Source: Desulfocapsa sulfexigens DSM 10523
Lineage (GTDB): Bacteria; Desulfobacterota; Desulfobulbia; Desulfobulbales; Desulfocapsaceae
Assembly (NCBI RefSeq): GCF_000341395.1
Contig: NC_020304.1
Location: 2,430,001-2,462,000 of the forward strand
DNA: 32,000 nt
Reading direction: 5' to 3'
The position numbers were made by a program, and so were the translations under genes. The first letter of the stretch is position 1; every line of letters begins with the position of its first letter. Shown piece by piece: positions 18,323-25,997 of this stretch. The notes under the pieces are model-generated. The model searched no databases. It saw only the letters and a list, made by a program, of their open reading frames with translations, and was not told the origin of the DNA.

Positions 18323-20122
18323 ATGTCTCCTCTAGTTATCGTTGTCTGTATTCTGCTAGTAACATTTGGTCTTCTTATTTTCAGTAAACTTCCCCCGGCA
18401 GCCGTATTTATCGGAGCCCTGACCCTGACCATCACCTTTAAACTTGCCCCCTTGGATGATTCTCTGAAGGGCTTTAGTAATCCAGGAGTCCTGACCATTG
18501 GAGCTCTGTTTATGATTGCCGCCGGAATGTATTCAACCGGTGCTGTCTCAATCCTCAGTGAAAAACTTATCGGGCGTCCACGGTCCATTTTAAAGGCCCA
18601 GCTCAAAATATTGCCAAATATTGCCTTTGGTTCGGCATTCTTGAACAACACTCCACTAGTTGCCATGATGATCCCTGTTATCAGGGATCTTTCCAGGAGC
18701 TGCGGGTTGGATGCGAAGAAACTGCTTATTCCGGTAAGCTATGCCTCCATTCTGGGCGGAACCTGTACCCTGATTGGAACCGCTACAAATCTTGTGATTG
18801 CAGGTCTTGTCAATGAGACCCTTAAGCGTGGGGGTGCTGATCTGCCGCATATGGTTCCCGTTGGAATGTTTGATCTCTCCTTGATTGGGGTACCTGTTAC
18901 GATTGTAGGGCTTGTCTTCCTTATGACGGTTGGGACATCTCTTCTTCCTGCAACTGCTGAAGGGCTTGACGTGAAGGGGGAAGTGCGACGCAGATGGTTC
19001 CGGGTGGAACTTGCCATTGAAGACAAGAGTCCGCTCATTGGAAAAACCCTTGATGATGCGGGACTTATGGCCAGTGACGGCTTTTATATCATGTCTATTT
19101 CGCGAAACAGAAACAAACTGGAGTTGAATCCTGATATTACTTTAGTCGCAGGAGATATGCTGAGCTTTTCTGCCGATGTCAGTGGCGCAAAAGGTTTGTG
19201 GGCGACGATTGGGCTTAAACCGCTCTATTCGACCAAAGAACAGAAGGCTGATCGTCATCGGCATCATCTGGTGGAAGTGGTTGTGTCCCGACGGAATCCC
19301 ATGATAGGGCATCAGATCGGAGAGGTGGAAGCTGCAGACAGAAATTTTGAAGTATGGCTGGTGGCCTTTGCCCGTGGTGAGGCAGCCATGCATTATCCAC
19401 TGGAAGAAACGGTCATTCAGGCAGGTGATGTTGCCCTGCTCGAAGTGAAAGACAGGTTTTTCTATCGTAACCGCAACGAAACCGATTTTGCGATGACTAA
19501 AAAACTTCGTGGCGCCCGTATTCAGCGAACGGATAAGGCCCTGCTGGCATCTGTGATAACGGGAACCATGGTGTTTTCCGTTGCCTTTGGCCTTATGAGT
19601 ATGTTGAATGCTGCACTGCTTGCAGCAGGAGGGATGCTGCTTAGCGGGTGCATGAATCTGGAAGACGCCGGACGTTCCGTTGATTTCTCAACTCTTATGG
19701 TGATTGCTTCGGCCATGGGACTCGAGTCTGCAGTAACTGCATCGGGATTATCTTCAGTAATAGGTGATTTCCTGGGACTGCTTGGCGGCGACAATGCCTA
19801 TATGGCACTTGCCGTGGTCTTTCTCGGCTGTGTACTTATGGATGCCATGGTCACTAATGTGGCGTCGGCGGTGTTCATGTTCCCCATTTCCATGTCCATT
19901 GCCTCGGCCCTGGATGTGAGTTTTATGCCATTTGTGATAGTGGTTATGGTGGGAGCATCCTGCAGCTTTATCTCTCCTGTGAGTTACCAGACAAATCTTA
20001 TGGTGTATGGGCCTGGAAAATACAGTTTTGGTGACTTTGTAAAAATCGGTATTCCACTTACTATGCTTGTTGGTGTGATTACGGTTTTTCTTACGCCTCT
20101 GTTCTTCCCATTTCATGTCTGA
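18323..20122 (+). CDS. SLC13 family permease with central RCK/TrkA_C-like region
   Basis: 'AFLNNTPLVAMMIPVI', 'LLIPVSYASILGGTCTLIGTATNLVI', C-terminal 'CSFISPVSYQTNLMVYGPGKYSFGDFVKIG'. Start ATG 18323 rather than 18239, which overlaps der. Confidence 0.93.
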   Translation: MSPLVIVVCILLVTFGLLIFSKLPPAAVFIGALTLTITFKLAPLDDSLKGFSNPGVLTIGALFMIAAGMYSTGAVSILSEKLIGRPRSILKAQLKILPNIAFGSAFLNNTPLVAMMIPVIRDLSRSCGLDAKKLLIPVSYASILGGTCTLIGTATNLVIAGLVNETLKRGGADLPHMVPVGMFDLSLIGVPVTIVGLVFLMTVGTSLLPATAEGLDVKGEVRRRWFRVELAIEDKSPLIGKTLDDAGLMASDGFYIMSISRNRNKLELNPDITLVAGDMLSFSADVSGAKGLWATIGLKPLYSTKEQKADRHRHHLVEVVVSRRNPMIGHQIGEVEAADRNFEVWLVAFARGEAAMHYPLEETVIQAGDVALLEVKDRFFYRNRNETDFAMTKKLRGARIQRTDKALLASVITGTMVFSVAFGLMSMLNAALLAAGGMLLSGCMNLEDAGRSVDFSTLMVIASAMGLESAVTASGLSSVIGDFLGLLGGDNAYMALAVVFLGCVLMDAMVTNVASAVFMFPISMSIASALDVSFMPFVIVVMVGASCSFISPVSYQTNLMVYGPGKYSFGDFVKIGIPLTMLVGVITVFLTPLFFPFHV

Positions 20123-20159
20123 GGCGACTGCTCAGACATGCAATGGACGGAGAGAGTGT

Positions 20160-21143
20160 TTATGGTTGCAGTGTTTCCCGAGGCCGGACAGGTCTTTTGA
20201 CGGGCGGTTGTGGTTTTGGTTGAAGAGGTTTGTTGGCCTGCTTGATGGTGGACATGGCAGCAGTTACCATGGAAGCCACGTCTGTAAGATTGGCGGGAAG
20301 AATCATGGTGTTGTTTTCTTTGGCTAGTTTTCCGAACTCGTTAATGTAGCTTTTTGCAACTTCCAGATTTGCCGCTTCGCTTCCACCCGGCATGCTTAGT
20401 GCTTCGGCTACTCTTCGGATTCCTTCGGCAGTGGCCTCTGCAACCATGGTGATTTCCCTGGCCCTTCCCTCTGCTTCATTAATCCGTTTCAGTTTCTCGC
20501 CTTCTGACCTGGCAATGGCTTCTGCTTTATCACCTTCGGCCCGGTTGATGGTAGACTGTTTATCACCTTCAGACCGTGCGATATCAGCCCGCTTTTCCCG
20601 TTCCGCCTTCATCTGCTTTTCCATGGCCTCCAGGACTGTACGTGGCGGCTGGATATCTTTGATTTCATAACGAAGGACTTTAACACCCCAGTTTTCTGCT
20701 GCTTCGTCGAGTGCCAAAACAACCTGGCCATTCAGGGTTTCTCGTGCTTCAAAGGTTTTATCAAGATCAATTTTACCTATGGCCGAGCGAAGGCTGGTCT
20801 GGGCAAGCTGGGCAGCGGCAAAATGGAAATTATCAATTCCATAGGCTGATTTTTTGGAGTCAATAACCTGGATATACAAAATACCGTCCACCTCCAATGT
20901 GACATTGTCGGCAGTGATACAGGTTTGTGCCTCAATATCGATCGGTTCTTCCTTGAGACTTCGTTTATAGGCCACCCGGTCAAAGAAGGGGATCAGAATG
21001 TGAAATCCTGCCTGTAAGGTTCCTCTGTATTTTCCAAGCCGCTCCACAACAAATTCCATACGCTGTGGAACAATTACCGCAGTTTTAATGAGAATGATGA
21101 GTAAAAAGGCAATGAGGATGCCAAGGGCTATAAAAGTTTCCAT
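20160..21143 (-). CDS. SPFH/Band 7 (stomatin/slipin-like) membrane protein
   Basis: 'AVIVPQRMEFVVERLGKYRGTLQAGFHILIPFFDRVAYKRSLKEEPIDI', 'GVKVLRYEIKDIQPP', 'RAEGDKAEAIARSEG'. Confidence 0.95.
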   Translation of the reverse strand: METFIALGILIAFLLIILIKTAVIVPQRMEFVVERLGKYRGTLQAGFHILIPFFDRVAYKRSLKEEPIDIEAQTCITADNVTLEVDGILYIQVIDSKKSAYGIDNFHFAAAQLAQTSLRSAIGKIDLDKTFEARETLNGQVVLALDEAAENWGVKVLRYEIKDIQPPRTVLEAMEKQMKAEREKRADIARSEGDKQSTINRAEGDKAEAIARSEGEKLKRINEAEGRAREITMVAEATAEGIRRVAEALSMPGGSEAANLEVAKSYINEFGKLAKENNTMILPANLTDVASMVTAAMSTIKQANKPLQPKPQPPVKRPVRPRETLQP

Positions 21144-21167
21144 TCTATTCTCCTTGATTGAAGGGAT

Positions 21168-21614
21168 TTAAGAAAGTTTTTTTACTGTAATAAGCAGTTC
21201 TTTCTGTTCGACTATTTCAACGACCTCACCTGACTCTATTGCTTCATCTGATACGGCACGCCAGAATGTGCCGGCAAATTTGACCTGTCCTTCTGCGGGT
21301 GGTTTGATCGTGGCGGTAACCACGCATTTTTCGCCACCGCTTGCCAGGATAGAATCTGCTTCTTCGTTCTTTTTATCTCCAATGAAGACCTTTTTAACTA
21401 TTCCCCGAAGGCCGAAAAGACAGACCAGTGAGAGCACCAGGAATACTCCAAGCTGAGTGTTGACGCTCCATGGGAAGATGTAGCAGCCAAGGGCCGTGAG
21501 CCATGCGGCAAGCCCAAAAAAGAAGAGAACAAAGCCTGGAACGGCCATTTCCAATACAAAAAATGTCACACCGATACTGAGCCACATCAGTCCGGGATAG
21601 GTGATTTCCATCAT
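21168..21614 (-). CDS. NfeD-like family membrane protein
   Basis: Three TM segments plus OB-fold tail; immediately upstream of the SPFH gene on the same strand, the classic NfeD-SPFH pair. Confidence 0.88.
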   Translation of the reverse strand: MMEITYPGLMWLSIGVTFFVLEMAVPGFVLFFFGLAAWLTALGCYIFPWSVNTQLGVFLVLSLVCLFGLRGIVKKVFIGDKKNEEADSILASGGEKCVVTATIKPPAEGQVKFAGTFWRAVSDEAIESGEVVEIVEQKELLITVKKLS

Positions 21615-21839
21615 TTAAAGATCCTCTTAGGTGGAAGTTGATTTTCAGGTATTGTACGGGAACAGGATGAAACAGTCAAATTGAAGATGGTTGTTTGTGT
21701 TGGGAATTACCTGCCATTGGAAAAAAGTGTTGTTATCACCTGTATTTTCTGGAATGATACGCGACAGTTCATGATGAATTCTTAAATTTTATCACGGGAT
21801 ATTAATCCTTAATTCTGAAGAGGCATAATTGAGGTTACC

Positions 21840-22214
21840 ATGAAAGCACCTTCAAAAGAACCTGCTATCCGTCTCGTCATGTTACCTAAATATACGAATC
21901 CCGATGGTGATATCTTTGGTGGGGTGATTCTTTCCATGATTGATGAGGCTGCGGCCGTTGAGGCACAGCGGCAGGCTCACCATCGCTATGTTACCGTGTG
22001 CATGGATTCCATTCAGTTCCATCATCCTGTACAGGTAGGGGATGTAGTCAGTCTCTGGTGTGAGACTATAACAATTGGCAGGAGTTCCCTTAAAATTCAT
22101 ATTATTGTCTTTGCCCGTCCAAGATGGTCCGATGAGGAGATTAAAGTGACGGAGGCCACGGTGACCATGGTGGCTATAAACGAACAGAGAAAAGCGGTTC
22201 CAGTCTTTGAGTAA
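21840..22214 (+). CDS. Acyl-CoA thioesterase (hotdog fold)
   Basis: 'YTNPDGDIFGGVILSMIDEAAAVEAQRQAHHRYVTVCMDSIQFHHPVQVGDVVSLWCETITIGRSS'. Confidence 0.9.
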   Translation: MKAPSKEPAIRLVMLPKYTNPDGDIFGGVILSMIDEAAAVEAQRQAHHRYVTVCMDSIQFHHPVQVGDVVSLWCETITIGRSSLKIHIIVFARPRWSDEEIKVTEATVTMVAINEQRKAVPVFE

Positions 22215-22968
22215 GTTTATTAGATATCTGATAACGTGGATTGATATATTTTTCTTTCGCTCCATTATCATTCTGGTCGTCCTGGGAGTCTTTTCTCCAT
22301 TGAGTTACGCACAGGATATTCACGTTGCCACGGATATCTGGGAAGGATATTCCAATAGGGATGGTACTGGCTATTATTTTGATATACTGAGAGAAATCTA
22401 TCCATCTCCAGAATATAGCCTTAAAATAAGTTATGTTCCTTTCAGACGTGGACTCCGTATGGTTGAAACCTCCCGGGCCGATCTTACCCTGGGGGTGAAC
22501 AGGGGGGATATGGATGATGGTTTTATTGCAAAAGCTGTCGTCGAGAATGATACCGTAGACCTCCTTATGAGTAGAGACTTGGCCCAGAAATGGCAGGGGC
22601 TCAATTCCCTAAAAAATAAAAGGATTGCAGCCAGAAGTGGTTATAATTTTGATATTCATTTTGATTTCCCCATCGAATACAGTGAAAATAACAGCCTGCT
22701 GGGAATGATGCGGATGCTCAAAATCGGGCGGATAGATGCTGTACTTGATTATCTTGCTGATATGAAGAACCTGTGGGAGCAGGCCTGCCTTGATGATAAT
22801 TATATCATTATGGAGGCAGTGCTTGCCAGTCCCGCCTTCTTTGCCTTTTCAAGAGAGCAACAAGATCTGAAAAAACATTTTGAAACAAAATTCCAGGAAT
22901 TACTTCAATCGGGAAGGATTTACGAATTAGGAAGGAAGTATGGCATTGAGGAAAGCCAACTCCCTTGA
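22207..22968 (+). CDS. Periplasmic substrate-binding (SBP_bac_3-like) protein
   Basis: Signal peptide; 'DIWEGYSNRDGTGYYFDILREIY...FRRGLRMVETSRADLTLGVNRGD'. TTG start overlaps the end of the thioesterase gene by 8 nt. Confidence 0.82.
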   Translation: MSKFIRYLITWIDIFFFRSIIILVVLGVFSPLSYAQDIHVATDIWEGYSNRDGTGYYFDILREIYPSPEYSLKISYVPFRRGLRMVETSRADLTLGVNRGDMDDGFIAKAVVENDTVDLLMSRDLAQKWQGLNSLKNKRIAARSGYNFDIHFDFPIEYSENNSLLGMMRMLKIGRIDAVLDYLADMKNLWEQACLDDNYIIMEAVLASPAFFAFSREQQDLKKHFETKFQELLQSGRIYELGRKYGIEESQLP

Positions 22969-23327
22969 ATTAAGAGTTGTCCTTGCTGTACCAACCAGCC
23001 TTTGTCTCCAGGATTCCTGATCCACAGAATTTACTGTACTCTCCTACCATTTTGCTATCCTTTCTGGTCACCTTAGTCAAAAAAAGCCTCCATCTTTACG
23101 TTAAGTAATCGCTGGTGTCTTAGTGGTAAATATTATTTTATGAGAACGTTTCTTCTTTTATTGACTTTTCTGTTAGGGCTTTTATTATGTGTAAATGTCT
23201 TTTTCGTTTGGGTTTAACAGCGCATTTCCAAATAGAGAAATCGAATCAAAATGATACACTGTAATGTACTGTCGGTAATCACCACGCTGGCAAACTAAAA
23301 AAAATCTACCCATGAAGGAGAGAATGA

Positions 23328-24785
23328 ATGAAAGGAAAGTATTCGGGAATAACTATTGGAATGAGTGCAGGCCTTATCGCTGTTGCATCATTGGCAATGG
23401 CAACAGGAAATGGTGTGGACATGGAGCAGTATCCCTATGCACCATCACTGATCCAATGGGAGAAGTCAGCGGCGGAATTTACTGAACCCGAAACCTGCGC
23501 CGAGTGTCATCCTCAGCAATACGAGGAATGGCGTGGCTCCATGCACTCCATTGCTTTTCAGGATCCTATTTATCAGGGAGAGTTGAAACTTGCTATTGAA
23601 GCAGTGGGTCATGATGTTGCAAAACAGTGTGAAGGCTGCCATACCGCAGCAGCTGTAGTTAATGGAGAAGTAAAAGGGGCGGGTTTGAAAGATCTGAGTC
23701 CTCTTGCCATGGCTGGGGTTTCCTGTGATGTCTGCCATTCCATAAAGGGACATACCCACTGGCAGACTCCGACCCATCAACCGGAAAACGGGTCGATGAT
23801 CCTGTCTCCCGGAAAAGAAGTGGATGGCGAAGTCATTCTTACGAAATTCGGTCCCTTTCCTGCCAGTGAAGATTGTGGCGAAGGGTTTCATGAGTGCGTT
23901 GAGTCCCCCCTCCATCTGAAGACGGAGCTCTGTGCCTCCTGCCATCAGGTCACCCATTACGAAAAACATACCCCTCTGGAAATGACGTATACGGAGTGGA
24001 AAAACAGTACCTACGCAGCAAAAGATATTAATTGTCAGGACTGCCATATGGTTGATCTGGAAACGTTCAAACGTTCTGCAGACACCTTCCAGAAACCTGT
24101 TCGAGGTGAATATCATCATTATTTTAACGGCGCTAATTTTCTGATGTATGCACTGACTGAAATGGCGGCAAAAAAGGCTGGAGATGAGGAGTTGGCTGTC
24201 AGCGCCCGCCAAAAATATGAGATGGCAGTAGGTCGGTTACAGGCTGCAGCTGAGTTGGATATCGATCCCATTTATCGGGACGGCAGGCTGGCTGAAGTGA
24301 AGATTCGAGTGAATAACAGACGTGCCGGGCATAACCTTCCAACCTCTCTGACAAATATTCGTCAGATGTGGCTTGAGGTGACAGCCACTGATGCCTCAGG
24401 AAAGGTCGTGATGAGCAGTGGGCATATTGATGAAAAAGGAAAACTTCCAGAAGGAACCAGACTGTTTAATTCAGACGGAATGGGGGAAAATATGCATTTT
24501 GCTCTTGATCCCTGGGAAATAGTCAGTTTTTCCAAGCACGATACAATACCCCCGAAGGGGTACCGCGAGGTGCATTATGGGCTGAGCAGTAACAGCAGTA
24601 CTCCGATCACCTTGAATGTAAAACTTCGTTTTCGTCAGGCAAACCAGAAAGTGGCTGAAAAACTTCTTAGTCATGTTCCCGATGATATGCACCTGGATGT
24701 CATTTACGGAATTAAGGAAGTGCCACCCGTACCCATTATAGATATGGTGGAGAAAACCTTGCAATTCGAGACCAGCGAGAAATAA
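23328..24785 (+). CDS. Exported multiheme c-type cytochrome (5 CxxCH)
   Basis: Signal peptide and five heme motifs: CAECH, CEGCH, CDVCH, CASCH, CQDCH. RBS GGAGAG upstream. Confidence 0.93.
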   Translation: MKGKYSGITIGMSAGLIAVASLAMATGNGVDMEQYPYAPSLIQWEKSAAEFTEPETCAECHPQQYEEWRGSMHSIAFQDPIYQGELKLAIEAVGHDVAKQCEGCHTAAAVVNGEVKGAGLKDLSPLAMAGVSCDVCHSIKGHTHWQTPTHQPENGSMILSPGKEVDGEVILTKFGPFPASEDCGEGFHECVESPLHLKTELCASCHQVTHYEKHTPLEMTYTEWKNSTYAAKDINCQDCHMVDLETFKRSADTFQKPVRGEYHHYFNGANFLMYALTEMAAKKAGDEELAVSARQKYEMAVGRLQAAAELDIDPIYRDGRLAEVKIRVNNRRAGHNLPTSLTNIRQMWLEVTATDASGKVVMSSGHIDEKGKLPEGTRLFNSDGMGENMHFALDPWEIVSFSKHDTIPPKGYREVHYGLSSNSSTPITLNVKLRFRQANQKVAEKLLSHVPDDMHLDVIYGIKEVPPVPIIDMVEKTLQFETSEK

Positions 24786-24877
24786 TTAGTTAATATTACA
24801 GTATCTTATTTGTTTCTAATCAAAAATGCTGGAAATTAATTACCATATACATATATACTACAAAGATATCAACAAGA

Positions 24878-24899
24878 GGTGGATGATTTCACCATCATC
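24878..24899 (+). promoter_or_regulatory. Hairpin in the leader of the peroxiredoxin gene
   Basis: Perfect 8-bp stem TGGATGAT-TTCACC-ATCATCCA about 30 nt before the start codon, without a U tract. Confidence 0.4.
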
Positions 24900-24928
24900 C
24901 AAACTGCCAACCCCAAAAGGAGCTAAAC

Positions 24929-25648
24929 ATGCCTGAAGAAGCAGCTGTGGGATGTGCCAGACCTACCGGAGGACCGGTTGGTGAAGAGCCGGACAGCAAA
25001 GTAACAGATGAAAAACAACCAGCAAAAAAGGAGATTTCCATGATTAAAGTTGGTAAAAAAGCCCCGGACTTCACAGCTCCGGGATTCCATAAGGGAGAAT
25101 TTATTAACACCAAGCTTTCAGATTATCTGGGAAAATGGGTTTTACTCTGTTTTTATCCGGGTGATTTTACTTTTGTCTGAGCTACTGAAATTTCAGCGGT
25201 CGCTGAAAAATATCCTGAACTTCAGAAATTAGGTGTTGAAGTCCTCTCCATGTCTATTGACTCCATGTTCACCCACAAGATGTGGGATGAAGATGAGCTG
25301 AGTAAGATGGTGGACGGCGGAGTCCCCTTTCCAATGCTTTCAGATGCGGGCGGTAAAGTTGGGACCGTCTATGGTGTTTATGACGAGGATGCGGGAGTTG
25401 AGGCCCGTGGCCGTTTTATCATTGATCCCGATGGTGTGGTTCAGGGCTATGAGGTTCTCACTCCACCAGTTGGCCGAAATGTCAATGAGACCTTCCGTCA
25501 GGTACAGGCATTTCAACTGGTACGGGAAACCAAGGGCGGAGAAGCTACACCTTCTGGATGGCGACCAGGTAAGGCAACGCTCAAACCGGGAATTGATCTT
25601 GTTGGTAAGGTCTGGAAAGTGTGGAAGACAGAACAGGCCTTTGACTGA
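24929..25648 (+). CDS. prxU: Selenocysteine-containing peroxiredoxin (PrxU-like), UGA recoded at 25178-25180 (residue 84 of 239)
   Basis: ORFs 24929..25180 and 25250..25648 are in the same frame; reading TGA as Sec gives '...[75 protein letters not shown]...'. The TGA aligns with the peroxidatic Cys of the FxxPxDFTFVCPTE motif. RBS AAAGGAG upstream of 24929. Confidence 0.93.
25181..25208 (+). promoter_or_regulatory. Bacterial SECIS element
   Basis: 10 nt after the TGA: perfect 7-bp stem TTTCAGC (25191-25197), loop GGTC (25198-25201), GCTGAAA (25202-25208). The GGUC loop resembles the E. coli fdhF SECIS apical loop at similar distance. Confidence 0.85.
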
Positions 25649-25712
25649 TACTTTGTTTGCAGTAAAAAGCAGAATGGGATGAAAAAATTTATATTCTAAA
25701 AGAGGTGTTATT

Positions 25713-25871
25713 ATGCAGAAATGGGAATGCCCTTGTGGCTATATATACGATCCTGAAGAAGGGGATTATGAGAATGGGGTTGAGCCTGGTACTCCCTGGG
25801 AAAAACTCCCGGAAGGGTGGGTTTGTCCTAAATGCGGCGCAGAAAAAGAAGATTTCTGGAAAGCTGACTAA
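25713..25871 (+). CDS. Rubredoxin (52 aa), variant CPCG first knuckle
   Basis: Not in ORF track (<60 aa). ATG 25713 after AGAGGTG; [52 protein letters not shown]; second knuckle CPKCG is normal. Confidence 0.93.
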   Translation: MQKWECPCGYIYDPEEGDYENGVEPGTPWEKLPEGWVCPKCGAEKEDFWKAD

Positions 25872-25880
25872 GTAAGCTAT

Positions 25881-25919
25881 AAAAGGCAGAATCATTAAGT
25901 TGATTCTGCCTTTTTTTTG
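25881..25919 (+). terminator. Rho-independent terminator after rubredoxin
   Basis: Perfect 14-bp stem AAAAGGCAGAATCA-TTAAGT-TGATTCTGCCTTTT continuing into a T run. Confidence 0.92.
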
Positions 25920-25997
25920 ACCACGAGAATAACCCGTATTTCTCTCTTGAAGGGACTGTAAACAAATAGCTGGCAGTCTGGATTTATGACCAAATGG

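Noticed and set aside
18070-18666. 198-aa minus-strand ORF over the der / SLC13 junction
   Set aside because: Antisense shadow of two confidently identified genes.
23140-23217. Tiny hydrophobic ORF (MRTFLLLLTFLLGLLLCVNVFFVWV)
   Set aside because: T-rich DNA gives such peptides by chance; no convincing RBS and only 25 aa.
25178-25208. Frameshift or pseudogene explanation for the split peroxiredoxin
   Set aside because: Both halves are in the same frame, the only lesion is a TGA exactly at the catalytic Cys codon, the downstream half has no decay, and a SECIS-like hairpin follows.
25250-25648. Independent CDS starting at 25250 ([12 protein letters not shown]...)
   Set aside because: Conserved peroxiredoxin sequence begins 23 codons earlier, directly after the TGA, and the Met is internal to the fold (LSMSID).
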